Notes: generated by a model not told the origin, from the letters alone. A stretch of DNA of 64,000 nucleotides from Chrysomallon squamiferum (GCA_012295275.1 CM022677.1:5952001-6016000); one strand, 5' to 3'; positions 11,921-27,451 are shown, numbered from the stretch's first letter. Translations and numbers: made by a program.

Positions 11921-13205
11921 CTGTGTTCAGTTTTTGGTGGTGTATCGCCATTTTTGACAGTGATAACACAAGATAACGATATATATATATATATAATTAC
12001 CAAAACGTTCCAGCCTGATAATGGCCACCAGCTCCTTGACCGTCCCCCCTGTTTCCACTGTGTGTTCTTTCTTTCAAAAATAGCAGGTCTAGACTTATAT
12101 GTAGCTATCACGCGGACTTCCCTGATGGAAACAGAACGTAGCCGAAAAGAAATCCTTTTGTCTCTCGATAATGACTGTCAATGTTAGGTGGTTTCAGTAA
12201 CGGTATTGCTTCTGATTAACGGTGCATATTCAAATGATACATACTCATAGAAGTATCTACAGAAATGGATAGGTAACATATTTACTGACACATACAGGTT
12301 AATTTCGAGATGTTATACTGTATCTAAGTAAGCGATATAAATAAATAATCAATATTTTATTGACATTTCCATAAACTGTACCTTAATAGCACAACAGTAC
12401 AATTTATTATAATAATTAAAGAACTAGCTACCAGTGAATTCTATAAGCAGGTATAACCTAAACTGCGAGCGGTGGTTTAATAAGTAAGTTAGGACCAATT
12501 TTCTAACTTAAACAAATACAGCAAACAGTACAACTAACTATCATTGTCAAAACTTTCGGTAGCTTGTGTGAAGCCTTATTAGGGTATGGTTAAGGTCCTA
12601 CTGAGTGAGGTAAAAACGATTTATCGTCGTTCCTTGCCTTATATTGCAAGAATTTTGAAATAATCCCAGTATAGCAAATCTTCAACATCGGTTCAAAAGT
12701 CGAAACTGGACTTTTGAGAGTCGCACGTTACAAACTCAAAAACCATTAGCAATAAATGTTGAAACGCGTAAAATTATGAAGGAGCAATATTTTAACTTAT
12801 AGACTACTATGAAAAATGCACTAACAGCACGTCCAGTCATAGCTTACAGGACGTTTAACTCTGAATAATACGTCTGTATAAAGTTATTTAACAACCGGTA
12901 ATCAAAATGATCCTTATAAAGCCAAGAAAAAAACAAAACAAGAACGATCCAGTACAACAACGTTACCATTAAAAGTCAAAAGATCAAAGTACTCTGCTAG
13001 GTACATAATAAACGTCAACTTTAATCATCGAGAAGAAAAAAACAAATGAAAATAAAATAATAAAACATTAATAATACTAAAACCAACTGCTGCTTTAATT
13101 TTTAAATACATACATACATGCATAAGCACATATGTTACATGTACATTAATATACACACACATATATATATATAAACACACACACATTCACACGTACACCC
13201 ATGCA

Positions 13206-13249
<44 letters not shown>

Positions 13250-14028
13250 GAGGCTGATAATTATAATTTGAAATAGTATTTATTTATCAATATTGTAGGA
13301 GTTTACAACTGAAATAAATAAAATAATTATTGCAATATAGTGACGTTATTATATTTTACCTATGTTCTAATTTTTTTCACGGAAATCGAAACCAGGACGA
13401 AGCCATTGTAAATAATCAAAAGTAGACACAGGCTAACTCGACCTCCTATTTTTAACAAACAGAGGTAGCAAGGGACACATATACCCCTCCCACTTATTTT
13501 ATTACTACTTTTAGTCTTATTGTCGTTTTGTTGTGTTTATATTTTTATCTGCATAAAAAACTGTGACTGCGAAGATTTGAGTTAACCCCACTTTTTCAAG
13601 CAAATGGTACGTTCCAGGGATTTCCGTTATTTTGTGTAGCCGCCATATTGACAGTTTTTCATTAACTTGTAAGACAGGGAACACTCCTCTCCTTTATTTA
13701 GGTAAGTAACGTATAATTAATTATTATTATTATAGTTAACACAAAATGAAACGTCAGTTTTCTCGGTTTCCTAGCAGCGTTAGTAAGCGAGCGAGCGAGG
13801 TACGGGTTCGTAAAGCAAAGTCTGTGAAGGTTATTTTCAACGACACACTTAATTGTACAATATTTTGTCCATGTATTAGAAACACTAGTTTTAAAACCAC
13901 GTGGCAATGGCGATTATTATTATTACATGAGTTATTTATTTATTTAGTAATTTTCGAAAGTAAATATTTACCTTTTCTCTGATTTTTTTTCTTGGTAATT
14001 CTATGTATGTAACTCTACGTAATAAATA

Positions 14029-14150
14029 CAGTGGTACCTCGAGTTACGAGTGCTCCAACTTACGAATATTTCGAGATACGAGCAGTCTACCGGTCGAGTT
14101 TTGCTTTGAGTTGCGAGCTAAAATCCGAGTTACGAGCGAGCTTGAGAAAC
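14029..14150. mobile_element. Truncated copy of the same MITE in the A2 intron
   Basis: Left TIR TA|CAGTGGTACCTCGAG present at the equivalent position; right half missing. Confidence 0.75.
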
Positions 14151-14771
14151 CTCAAGATACAACTCTATTTTAAATGGAAAATAAAGACAATTTTCGGATA
14201 ACCTGTTTTGTGAAATATTTCTTATAAAATAAGAAGAATGAGGTAATAGACAGGGTTATCGTGATAAATCTACGCTTACTATTTTACGGAAATATTTCTT
14301 TATTTTTATTTATTTATTCATTTATTTTAAATAAGGTATTTAGTTATTTCTGTTTGGATTTCCTTGTGTAGGACAATCACAATTACATACGTTGTTTTCA
14401 AAGGCTTGCCAATTTACTGTAATTATATAACATACCTTCCCAACAAAAAACAGGTATATGTATACAAAGAAAGGATCTGAAGGCTTTGGTCAAAAACAAA
14501 AGTCCATTGTTTCTTTCTCAAGACTGCGAATAGAAAAAAAAAAAGCCTCAGCATATCGTTAGTTAGATAGTTACATACATCCATAAATCCATAGATACAT
14601 TCAGTGGTACGTACACACACACATACATACATACATACATATACATATATAGACAGAGGTTGATAGAGAGACAGATAGGCAGATAGTCTGACACAAAGCT
14701 TTTACGGTTCGTTATCACGACTCTGCTGAAGATAATTTTCTATTTTACATTATTTACCAGGAAACTGAACA

Positions 14772-15206
14772 ATGAGGGTCTACATCTGGTATCCGACAAA
14801 TAACCACCAAGGACATGCATCACTTGAGCTGTCCAGTGGTACATATATCAGCTTCTGGGATCGTGACGTCATGGAAAATAAAAACACAATAATACTAAAC
14901 GCATGTGGAGAATCGGGAAGTGTCAAATTTGACAGCAAAAAGCTCGGACAAGATCCTCAATACGTCATCAGAGTTGACGATCTCAAATTGGATGAAGAAA
15001 AGATGGAAACATGGTGGAATGAATGGAAGAAAACGGGAACCTTCGGATTCTACTATTACAACAGTTTCTGGGCTGTTTACCAAGCTCTGCGAGCTGGGGG
15101 AGCTTCCATTAGTTTCAATCCTCTCTGGACAGCTGGAATCCTCTACCGATATCTACAGAGAGTCAAACAAGGAGGCTGGGGACTTGTGACTTCGTTTTTT
15201 GGTTGA
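14772..15206 (+). CDS. Subfamily A copy 2 (Ser-type), 144 aa
   Basis: Intact ORF paralogous to A1, with the same acceptor and upstream exon. Confidence 0.8.
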   Translation: MRVYIWYPTNNHQGHASLELSSGTYISFWDRDVMENKNTIILNACGESGSVKFDSKKLGQDPQYVIRVDDLKLDEEKMETWWNEWKKTGTFGFYYYNSFWAVYQALRAGGASISFNPLWTAGILYRYLQRVKQGGWGLVTSFFG

Positions 15207-15474
15207 GTTTCATGACGTCATAGCGGTGTGGCAACAACCCAAACAATTAACAGTTTGTAAAAAAAATAGTAATCAACATTCTACATAAACGTTACCAATA
15301 ACTTTGACAAAATGTATTATGTTGATTTCGAAATTTTTATTGCTTTTCTGGGTTTTTTCTTGCGGATTTTTCCTCCTATCATTTTCTTTTGATATCTTAC
15401 GAATTTACTGATTATATTTTCTTTTTCTTTCGATCTATACTGACTGTCAGTAGGAAATAACAATTTGATATTCT

Positions 15475-15573
<99 letters not shown>

Positions 15574-16147
15574 TTCTTTTAATAATGTGAACAAACAAAC
15601 AAAAAAATTGTTCTAAACAGAGATGAAGTCAGATTATATCAGTGTCATTAATCACATAACACCAGTATGTGTAATACCATTATCATATTCGAATGTATTT
15701 GACTTAATTTTCTTGTTTTTATAATTCTGTAATAATAATTAAAGTATATTTAGGAGTTGCCATATATATTATATACTATAGTGAAATATCTGTTGGTTTA
15801 TGCCATTTCACATGAAATTAAATATAATTATCAGATTTCTGTTTGTTATTACTATCAGTTTGAATTTGTTTTGTATATATATATTTTTTTATCTACGGAT
15901 TGTGATCATATGAGTGTTGTACGTTCGAGTCTCGTCAACGCCACCTGGCGTGTGTGAGGTCGTGATTGTTGCATCCCCCCCATATTATCAGTGTGAAGTT
16001 TAATCATAAGTATGCAATACACAAAATTTTCATACGTAAATATAAACGTACATACAGACAGACAGACAGACAGACAAAGACCTACACACATATATTAAAA
16101 GGTACATAGGCTTGTACGTTTGTATATGGTAATGGCGAAGAATGATT

Positions 16148-16189
<42 letters not shown>

Positions 16190-16942
16190 TAATATTTTTT
16201 AAATATATTTTTATATATTTTTTTCCAAATGAAGTTCACGTGACTAACAGTGATCATACTTTTCTTCAGACTGGTGACATGTATCACTAGAAATGACGTC
16301 AGTTTGAGATCATATTTCCACTGATAAACATGACATAAAGGTGAAAGGTCATCTCGAAAAATTTTCTGTTTACACGGTGTGTAAACGTATCTGTTAAACT
16401 AAGGAAATCGAAACAGAAATTACTCAAACCCCGAGATATTTCCTTATTCATATTTTGATTAAAATAAATAAATAAATAAATAAATAACTAAAATAGTTTC
16501 AAAACGATCGTTTCACTAGGGGTTGATTAAAAAAAAAAAAGAACGTCTTCGGATAATTTTCTTTGCAAAAGTGTAACAGATTGTAAGGTACTTACATTTC
16601 ATATTGTGTAACGAGATACAAGTAAAAATTCAGTTAGATCTTTCTTATTTTTTTTTTTATATTATTAATCATACACCCTTCACACATATATATAAATAGA
16701 TAGTTAGAAAGAGACAAACAGTCAGGTTTTTGTATCTTGTTACAGCTTTTTCTTTTTTTACATCAACTCAGTGTATGAAACAGTATATTTTGTCTTACTG
16801 TGTAGAAGCTTCGTGTTTTGTTCTACAGTTTTAACTATAAATTATACGGTTTTTATCACAGCAGGAATTTTACAGCAGTACAGGTGATGACGAATCCTTG
16901 TTTATCCGATACTACTACAGGAAATCCAAGCTTGCACACCTT

Positions 16943-17038
16943 TTATATAGGTGTTGAGAAAAGGAACGATAGTAGAAGTACAACAAAAAACAACACTTTA
17001 ATTCTCTGAACATAACGATACAAAGTGGCTGGCGACCA
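16943..17038 (-). pseudogene. 3' fragment of a C-type paralog, copy 2
   Basis: Matches 4640-4735. Confidence 0.75.
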
Positions 17039-18097
17039 TGTATATTTTTATCTGCATAAAGAAAACTCAGTGACTGTGACGATTTGCGTGAACCCCTTTT
17101 TTCAGATCTGTGGTAAGTCCCAGGGTTCTTTGATTACCTTTTGAGTAGTCGCCATATTGACAGTTTTTCGTTTAGCTGTACGATTGGGAACACTCCTCTC
17201 CTTTAGGTGAGTAACATATAATTATTATTATTACAGTTAACACAAAATAACTATGTCAGAGTTCGTCAGCGAGTGAGCCAGTAATTTTGTTGATAGAACA
17301 AAAACTGTGACGTTTATACTCAGTGTTCTACTTTATTATTTTACTGATAGTTGTAAAACTAGCAAAAAGTTTTGATATCAATTATTTATTCATTTATTAC
17401 TATTGTTGTTGTTCTTGTTCTTATTATTGCTGTTGTTGTTGTTGTTGTTGTTGTTATTATTATTATTATTATAGTTATTATTATTGTTGTTGTTGTTGTT
17501 GTTGTTGTTACTTTTATTTTAAATATATACGACTTATCTTCTCTCTGTCTTGCTGTCTATCTCCGTTTCGATTTCCTTGTGTAGGTTGGGAATATTTTCA
17601 CAGCCGTATCATACTGTACTGGTATAACATAGCTCTCAAACAAAACGTTTTTCCTGAACCCTTTTGTCACATATATTTTATTTTTTCCGCTAACTGTCTG
17701 CGATTGTAAGTATGTATGTAACCAAGCATGTTCATACTTATGTATACATGTAAGTAATAATGCACGTGCTTGCGACTAGGTGTATCTATGTATGTATATA
17801 TATCCAGACATGGATTAATAGATACATAGCCAGGCAGATATTTTTATAGATAGCAAAATAGATAGACAGATGATTATATACGTGTATACAGATATATAGA
17901 GAGATATATAATTACACACATACATACGTACAAATATACACATATTCAACCGTAAACCCATACATACCCACTTACATACATACGTACACATATAGATAAG
18001 TAGTTAGGCACATAGAAAGACAGACACAAAGGTTATATGGTTCTTTATTACGATTCTTATGACGATAAATTTATTTTATTTATCAGGAAACAGAACA

Positions 18098-18534
18098 ATG
18101 AGGGTCTACATCTGGAATCCAACAAATATTCACCACGGACATGCATCACTTCAGCTGTCTAATGGTACATATATCAGCTTCTGGGATCGTGACATCATAA
18201 ACAATGAAAAATACGAGAATACTAAACAGGTGTGGAAAATCGGGAAGTCTTGAATTTGACAAAAAAAATCCTGTTAGCCGATCCTGATGACGTCATCAGC
18301 GTTGATGATCTCTCATTGGATGAAGGAATGATAGAAAGATGGTGGTTTCAGTGGAAACAAACAGCATTCTTCGGATTCTACAATTACAACAGTTTCTATA
18401 CTGTTTACCAGGCTCTGCGAGCAGGGGGAGCTACCATTAGTTTGAATCCTCTCTGGACAGCTGGAATCCTCTACCGATATCTACAGAGAGTCAAACACGG
18501 AATCTGGGGACTGGTGACTTCTTTTTTTCATTGA
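18098..18534 (+). pseudogene. Subfamily B copy 2; two extra As in poly-A runs
   Basis: 437 nt vs the expected 435; extra A in gaaaaat and in an A8 run at 18261-18268. Confidence 0.7.
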
Positions 18535-18683
18535 GTTGTTCCGTGCTCGCTTCACTTCCTGTTCTACAGTTTTAACTATAAATTATACGGTTTTTACCAC
18601 AGCAGGAATTTTACAGCAGTACAGGTGATGACGAATCCTTGTTTATCCGATACTACTACAGGAAATCCAAGCTTGCACACCTT

Positions 18684-19112
18684 TTATATAGGAGTTGAAA
18701 AAAGGAATGATCCCAGAAGTGCAAAAACTCCATCTTTAAGTCTCTGGAGATAACGATACAAAATGGCTGGTGACCACACTGTGTTAAAACTAGGACTGGC
18801 GCCTCCAGCTCTTAAAGCGCTATAAACTACCCAGCAACAGTTCTTTCCAAACAAAGAATAGAAACCTCTCCTCCGAAAGTCAGTCCACCATTCTTCAATC
18901 TTGTATTCTGTTAAGTTCAGGTCATCCAAGTCTATTATCCTGTCAGGATCTCTGCCTTCAGCTCTTATGTCATCTCGAAGAGATGCTTGTGCATAACAGT
19001 TACCTCCTCCTTTTCCTGGCCACCAGCTTATGTACGTTCCATTAGATAGCTCGAGAGTACCATGTCCAATTTTACTTTCTCCTGGCGATGGAAACCAAAT
19101 ATAAGCTCTCAT
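18684..19112 (-). CDS. Subfamily C copy 2 (Cys-type), 142 aa
   Basis: Intact ORF MRAYIWFP..GHGTL..NCCWVVY..FSTPI. Confidence 0.82.
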   Translation of the reverse strand: MRAYIWFPSPGESKIGHGTLELSNGTYISWWPGKGGGNCYAQASLRDDIRAEGRDPDRIIDLDDLNLTEYKIEEWWTDFRRRGFYSLFGKNCCWVVYSALRAGGASPSFNTVWSPAILYRYLQRLKDGVFALLGSFLFSTPI

Positions 19113-21298
19113 TGTTTTATCTGAAAAATAAATCCCAGGAATGACAGAATTAAAAAAGTTCAAAATATATTTCGGATATTTTTATTAGTACATGTGTGTG
19201 TGAGTGTGTGTGTGTGTGTGTGTGTGAGTGTGTGTGTTATTGTTTATGTTGTTGTGTTTTGGGGTTGTTTGGTTTTTCCTCTCCTATTTGCTCTTTTGCG
19301 CTATAATAAACAGTACCTAACATATTAACCTCGAATAACAATGCACATTTTTAATCACATGATTCATGCGCGATCGATGGCGTAATATATCGAGTTTATG
19401 GTTTTCACCCACTTCCAATGCTTGTCATATTTGAATATAATAGGAGTTGTCTAATTATTCGTTCAGTAATCTTCAGCTCCTTTTCAACTGTGAAAAAAGC
19501 CTGTGCTGATCTCAATTCTGAAACTGATGATATAAATGGTACAAATATTTATTAAGATGCTTTGTGGATAACATGGACATAAGAAAAGAGCAGCACAGAA
19601 CGCTGACCGCTGCTGCTGTCTAGAAAGAAAGGTGATATTGTGGAAATGCAATCTGCAGGTACATAAATGACTCGAGATACAGGATTTGCATCATTTTCAC
19701 GTGCACTTTCCGCACACTGGAATCCACATCATGACCGCTGTCTACAGGATCCTTCTGACTGTTGCTTTTATTGCTTTGTGTAGTCGCCATATTGACAGTT
19801 TCTCAGTCACCTGTAAGTTTGGGAACACTCCTCTCCTCTTGTTTCAGTGTATGTATCTCCTAAACATCAGTTTCTGTAGCAGGTGTACGGGAAAGAGTTA
19901 TATTGACTGCATTCTCATCTGAAATATTTTTTTTTTACAAAAGTGCAATCACGACCTCACAAATCTGTCAGCTGCCGCACGCCTGAAGAGATTAATGGTA
20001 GCAGTTCATTGCACGGGAGGTTATGGTCTGTTCTACTAAATACGGGTATGCGATGCAATTATAATCACGTTATAATTTCCTGACCTAACCATATCTCTCG
20101 ATCACAACTCACATGAAAATTATTCAAATGTATATGTTTATGCGAGTGAGTAATGTTAAACAAAAAATAGCTATACTGAAGTGACCATCCTTCAGATGGC
20201 GGCAGGTGGAATGACAAGACCCACGAAGAAGGCCTACAGTAGACTGAATGAACGTACTGAGGGAGAAAAGAGAAGACTATTGGCAGGCCTATTGACCCCA
20301 AAGGAGTACGGAGATGCCATTTCTCATCTAGTAAGACTTTGAACCGCGATCAGTGAAAGTTATGAATGACTCTATACTAATTTATATAATGTGAATGTTA
20401 AAATGGATTTTATAAATGTCGAATTACTGCTAGATGTAATAAAATGAACAAATGTTATGAATGTTATACGTACATTTATGACAATATTTTGGATATTTTC
20501 GGAATAATACTATAAACTGAACTACATTATCGATAACGAAACTCTTTTGAATTCACAATATTCCTCATTGTTTAATACTGACACTGTCATATTCTCATAG
20601 CAATTTAATTTTCATTTCTATTTCAGTTGTCAAGAAGGAATTTTAATTTTTTTGTTAATGAATCCTGAGAACAGTTTTTCATAGCTTCATCTTTCGAGTT
20701 ACTGTTTTATCGACAAGTTCACAACGTTAATAGAAACGTAAGAACAGTGGAGTAAAATACACCATACGAAACAAAAACAAAACAAAAATATAATGTCTAC
20801 ACTACGATTTGTCTATTACATTTTGTAAATTTTTGTTGTAATATATTTTATTACTGATATAGAAAATAATATTCAAGTATATTTACAGACGAATGAATAT
20901 AAATGATTAACAGGCAAAATTGAAAAGGAACTGAAGATTACTGAACGAATAATTAGACAACTCCTATTATATTCAGATATGATAGGCATTTGAAGGAGTA
21001 AAAAATAGAACTTTCGTGCGTGAAACGTATTACTTCTCAACTAGCCTCCAAAACTACCAACATTCATCATTTGACCGCACATGAATCATGCGATTAAACG
21101 AGAGCAGTGTTATTCGAGGTTGACATGTTAGGTACTATTCATTATGCTGCAGAATAATAAATACCACCACAACTGAACAACAACAACAAACAAACAAACA
21201 TACACACACAGAGACACAAATAAAACAAAAAACTGCGAAATATATTTCGCACTTCTTTAATTCAGTTATTCTTGTGTTTTTATTTTTCAGATAAAATA

Positions 21299-21783
21299 AT
21301 GAAAGCTTTTATTTGGTTAGAATCGATTCTAAGCTGGATTGGACGTGCTTCTCTCGAACTATTTAGTGGTAGATATGCAAGCTGGTGGCCAGATGTTTCA
21401 GTCTCTGACAATGATGAGAAAACTGGGAAGAAATCGGGACAGAAACTAAGGAAAAAGAAGCTGGAAAACGAATGGGAAAGGGAAACGGGAATGAAAGCAA
21501 GAAGTAAAACTGGAGAGAACAAACTTGTATAAGGTCGAGCACAATACTGTGTTGAAGATGACATAAAAGCGGAAGGCAGCGAACCTGTCTAAACATTGGA
21601 CTTGGATGACCTGAACTTAGATGAAGAGAAGATTGAAGAATGTACTGGCTTGGCTGGCGGATGAGAGGTTTCTGTTCTTTGCTAGGAAGTTTATAAAGCT
21701 TTAACAGCAAGCGGCGCCCCTAAGAAATCTAGCCTAATAATGGTGTCAGATAACTTTTATGATTATCTTGATACTTATGGGAA
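21299..21783 (+). pseudogene. Subfamily D pseudogene copy 2
   Basis: Near-identical to 8999-9480. Confidence 0.8.
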
Positions 21784-22219
21784 AGTTCCTAACTCCATGC
21801 CTGTTTAATGTTGTGTGCAAACTTGAATTTCCTATAGTAATACGGATAAACATATTTTCGTCATCAGCTGTATTGGTGTAAAATTCCTGCTGTAATAAAA
21901 ACCGTATATTTTGAAGTTGCAACAACAGAATAAAACACGAAACTTCAACACAGTAAGACAGAATTTACTGATTCATACTGAACTGATGCAGTGTTTATGA
22001 AAAAACTATAAAAAAAAGAAAGAAAAAAGGAAGAACACAACGAAATTGACTGTCTGTATTTATGTGTGTATATATCATTCTATCAGTCCATCTATCTATC
22101 TGTCTTTCTATTTATCTAATCTATTTACCTATCTATCTATCTGTATGTCTGTCTATTCTCGTATCCATTTGTCTCTCTCTGTCTATCTGTCCACCTATCT
22201 ATCTATCTATCTATCTATT

Positions 22220-22278
<59 letters not shown>

Positions 22279-22829
22279 CTATCTATCTATCAATCTATTT
22301 CTCTATTTACCAGTCTACTTGTCTGTCTATCTGTCTATGTCCATTTTGGCGTTTGACTGTGAGACAGCCTACATGTCAGTCTACCTTTCAGTGTACCTAC
22401 TCAACTCTCTTGTGCGTTCGTGTGGACGGTGCATGTTTAATAGGAACAAATAAAAATAAGAAAGAACTAAATGAATTTCATTTGTTTCTCATTACATGAT
22501 TTGAAGTGAAATCTGTTAAACTTTGGTAAAGAAACATTTCCAAAGAATAAAGGAAATATCACCATCATCATTATCATGATTAATACTGTTATTGTTATTA
22601 TTATTATTATTATTATTACTGGTATTATAAACTTTCCTCAGAAATTTAATTAAGAAATGAAGTTTTTCACACTGATACTGTTTTTATATATTGTTTTATT
22701 ATTTAAATCCACGTTATTAAAGTACTCCCTAAATAGGCGTTAACAAAAGCAGATACTATATTTTGATTAAATCAGTATATTTAGTAGGGAAAAGGAAATA
22801 AAAGAGAATAGTCTGTAAAGATTATTTGT

Positions 22830-24220
22830 TTCTTTTAAAAACATTTATTTTCTATGTGTTCAGTCCACCAGACAGTGTTAGTGCATTTTTTAGGTTTGGG
22901 TATACATTTAGTAGCAATTGAGTCTATCGTGTTGGTCAGTGATGTGCAGTAAGTATCAGTGTTGTTAGGGTTTTCTGTCGGCTTTGCATGCTTTGTAGAA
23001 ACCTTCCAAGTTTGCTTTGGTGAAATTCCATTTGGGAATAAAAATGGAGTTGTCGAAAAGGCGTTTTTGCTGTTGTAATTGGTGAGCATGTGGTGATGGT
23101 CACTATTTAGCTCACTTAGCGCTGCGATGTCTTTGCTGGTTGGTGTTAAATCGGTAACGGACTGGACACCAATGATGTCACTGGTGTAAGTGAATGCGAT
23201 GTAGTTATGACAAACCAGTTGATTTCAGCTCGATGAAATTTTATAATTCAATTCCAGGACTGTCGTCTATTGTGCCAGCCCATGCTGTATTTATTACGAC
23301 AGTTGAAATCTCCAACTATAATTAGTTTACTGTTAGTTGTTATAATGTTGTTTACGTCGTAAGTTTGGATGTTATGTAGTGCTGGAGTTAGTCGGCTATA
23401 TATATTAATGATGTCAATATTCTGGTTATTGTTGTGTACAGTGACGCTTAGTATTTCGATGTTGGTATATACTTTGCTTAGTGTGTGGTATGTTTTGTTT
23501 AATGAGTGTCATAATGCCTCCTCGGATACTATTGAATATGTTGACTTTGATAACAGGATGATATTGGCGATTGTGTTACTTATAATGTTTTGTCCTAACC
23601 ATGTTTCTTGTATGCATATTATGTCAGGTTTATATGGTGGCCAGGAAATCTTTAAGTTCATCTCCATGACCTGCTCAGAGGAGGCCTTTAGCATTCCACT
23701 AAAGAACAGAGAGACCTGTGTTGTCGTGCTTATCATGTAGTATATCTATATTGTTGGTAATGTTTTAGTGTTTCGTATTCAATGTAATTTTGTGTGCGTG
23801 GAATTTCTTTTGTCGTTGTGCATTTGTTGGTAACTTGAAACTCTAACTATTTTCAGTGATCCAAATTTGGGTCGTTTGACATGTTTGTTTTGTTATTTCT
23901 TATGTTTTATAAATAGATTAGAATGCAGACGATGACTTTGTAAATTTCTGCTATTCTTTCCTCCTTATCTAAATTGTCTTTGGGTTGGGGTGTAATTGGG
24001 ATTGTTGTCTGTTTGTAGGTGAGGTTTTGTGGATATATAAAATTTTAATGTTTTTGGCTCCAGTTTCTGACATTTTTGGTTGACTGTTTCGATGATTTTA
24101 TGTTCGCGTCTGCTGTCTTAGCATTTGTAGGATATTGTTTGTAGTGTGTTTCGTGTGATCATTTTGCCAGGTAACGTCAACAACCGGTGATCACCGCTGA
24201 TGATTACCACCACCAATCAC
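22830..24220 (-). mobile_element. LINE endonuclease fragment, duplicated copy
   Basis: Near-identical to 10530-11920, as part of the 12.3 kb unit. Confidence 0.8.
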
Positions 24221-25501
24221 TGTGTTCAGTTTTGGTGGTGTATCGCCATTTTGACAGTGATAACACAAGATAACGATATATATATATATATAATTACCAA
24301 AACGTTCCAGCCTGATAATGGCCACCAGCTCCTTGACCGTCCCCCCTGTTTCCACTGTGTGTTCTTTCTTTCAAAAATAGCAGGTCTAGACTTATATGTA
24401 GCTATCACGCGGACTTCCCTGATGGAAACAGAACGTAGCCGAAAAGAAATCCTTTTGTCTCTCGATAATGACTGTCAATGTTAGGTGGTTTCAGTAACGG
24501 TATTGCTTCTGATTAACGGTGCATATTCAAATGATACATACTCATAGAAGTATCTACAGAAATGGATAGGTAACATATTTACTGACACATACAGGTTAAT
24601 TTCGAGATGTTATACTGTATCTAAGTAAAACGATATAAATAAATAATCAGTATTTTATTGACATTTCCATAAACTGTACCTTAATAGCACAACAGTACAA
24701 TTTATTATAATAATTAAAGAACTAGCTACCAGTGAATTCTATAAGCAGGGTATAACCTAAACTGCGAGCGGTGGTTTAATAAGTAAGTTAGGACCAATTT
24801 TCTAACTTAAACAAATACAGCAAACAGTACAACTAACTATCATTGTCAAAACTTTCGGTAGCTTGTGTGAAGCCTTATTAGGGTATGGTTAAGGTCCTAC
24901 TGAGTGAGGTAAAAACGATTTATCGTCGTTCCTTGCCTTATATTGCAAGAATTTTGAAATAATCCCAGTATAGCAAATCTTCAACATCGGTTCAAAAGTC
25001 GAAACTGGACTTTTGAGAGTCGCACGTTACAAACTCAAAAACCATTAGCAATAAATGTTGAAACGCGTAAAATTATGAAGGAGCAATATTTTAACTTACA
25101 GACTACTATGAAAAATGCACTAACAGCACGTCCAGTCATAGCTTACAGGACGTTTAACTCTGAATAATACGTCTGTATAAAGTTATTTAACAACCGGTAA
25201 TCAAAATGATCCTTATAAAGCCAAGAAAAAAACAAAACAAGAACGATCCAGTACAACAACGTTACCATTAAAAGTCAAAAGATCAAAGTACTCTGCTAGG
25301 TACATAATAAACGTCAACTTTAATCATCGAGAAGAAAAAAACAAATGAAAATAAAATAATAAAACATTAATAATACTAAAACCAACTGCTGCTTTAATTT
25401 TTAAATACATACATACGTATAAGCACATATGTTACATGTACATTAATATACACACACATATATATATATAAACACACACACATTCACACGTACACACATG
25501 C

Positions 25502-25548
<47 letters not shown>

Positions 25549-26293
25549 GAGGCTGATAATTATAATTTGAAATAGTATTTATTTATCAATATTGTAGGGT
25601 TTACAACTGAAATAAATAAAATAATTATTGCAATATAGTGACGTTATTATATTTTACCTATGTTCTAATTTTTTTTCACGGAAATCGAAACCAGGACGAA
25701 GCCATTGTAAATAATCAAAAGTAGACACAGGCTAACTCGACCTCCTATTTTTAACAAACAGAGGTAGCAAGGGACACATATACCCCTCCCACTTATTTTA
25801 TTACTACTTTTAGTCTTATTGTCGTTTTGTTGTGTTTATATTTTTATCTGCATAAAAAACTGTGACTGCGAAGATTTGAGTTAACCCACTTTTCAAGCAA
25901 ATGGTACGTTCCAGGGATTTCCGTTATTTTGTGTAGCCGCCATATTGACAGTTTTCATTAACTTGAAGACAGGGAACACTCCTTCCTTTATTTAGGTAAG
26001 TAACGTATAATTAATTATTATTATTATAGTTAACACAAAATGAAACGATCAGTTTTCTCGGTTTCCTAACAGCGTTAGTAAGAGCGAGCAGTACGGGTTC
26101 GTAAAACAAAGTCTGTGAAGGTTATTTTCAACGACACACTTAATTGTACAATATTTTGTCCATGTATTAGAAACACTAGTTTTAAAACCACGTGGCAATG
26201 GCGTTATTATTATTACATGGGTTATTGTTTATTTAGTAATTTTCGAAAGTAAATATTTACCTTTTTCTCTGATTTTTTTTCTTGGTAATTCTA

Positions 26294-26493
26294 NNNNNNN
26301 NNNNNNNNNNNNNNNNNNNNNNNNNNNNNNNNNNNNNNNNNNNNNNNNNNNNNNNNNNNNNNNNNNNNNNNNNNNNNNNNNNNNNNNNNNNNNNNNNNNN
26401 NNNNNNNNNNNNNNNNNNNNNNNNNNNNNNNNNNNNNNNNNNNNNNNNNNNNNNNNNNNNNNNNNNNNNNNNNNNNNNNNNNNNNNNNNNNNN
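26294..26493. other. Assembly gap (200 N)
   Basis: Run of N with a round, placeholder-like length. Confidence 0.99.
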
Positions 26494-26516
26494 TGATTCA
26501 GTACAAAACACGACAT
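26494..26516 (-). CDS. EGF-EGF-ZP protein, start of the next exon (YVVFCTES, probable ZP-domain start), cut by the gap
   Basis: ttccag acceptor, phase compatible, V-x-C pattern as at ZP domain starts; ZP assignment is inferred. Confidence 0.55.
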
Positions 26517-26522
26517 CTGGAA

Positions 26523-26895
<373 letters not shown>

Positions 26896-27033
26896 GGCTG
26901 TGGTGGAAGTGGTAATAGGAGATGGAGTAGGTGGAGTAGAACTAGTAGCAGTAGCTGTTGTTGTAGTTGTAGTAGTGGTGGTAATTGTGTATTTCATTAT
27001 GTTTGTTATTTGTTAGAGTTGTTTTTTACTGCG

Positions 27034-27065
<32 letters not shown>

Positions 27066-27207
27066 TGGGTTGATTTTCTTTTTTTTTTTTCAATAATTGT
27101 GGTTATAATGATGAATTTAGTTTCTGTATTTTAATATAAATGATGGCATCATTAATGTTATTAGAATAAAGATTAACAAAATATAATAACAATAACAATA
27201 ATAATAA

Positions 27208-27293
<86 letters not shown>

Positions 27294-27317
27294 TACTATT
27301 TACTACAAAGTACTTAC

Positions 27318-27449
27318 ATCTTTCAGATTCGCACGTAAATCCATAAGTCTCAGGAGGACAGTAGCATGCTTTAGACCCGTTGTCATCGTAACACCATCCG
27401 CCATTACAGAACTCTGAATTATCTATACAAGGACCTGTGTCATTTAACA
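27318..27449 (-). CDS. EGF-EGF-ZP protein, EGF exon 2 (LLNDTGPCIDNSEFCNGGWCYDDNGSKACYCPPETYGFTCESER)
   Basis: 132-nt phase 1-1 exon, canonical EGF Cys spacing, gtaagt donor. Confidence 0.85.
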
Positions 27450-27451
27450 CT

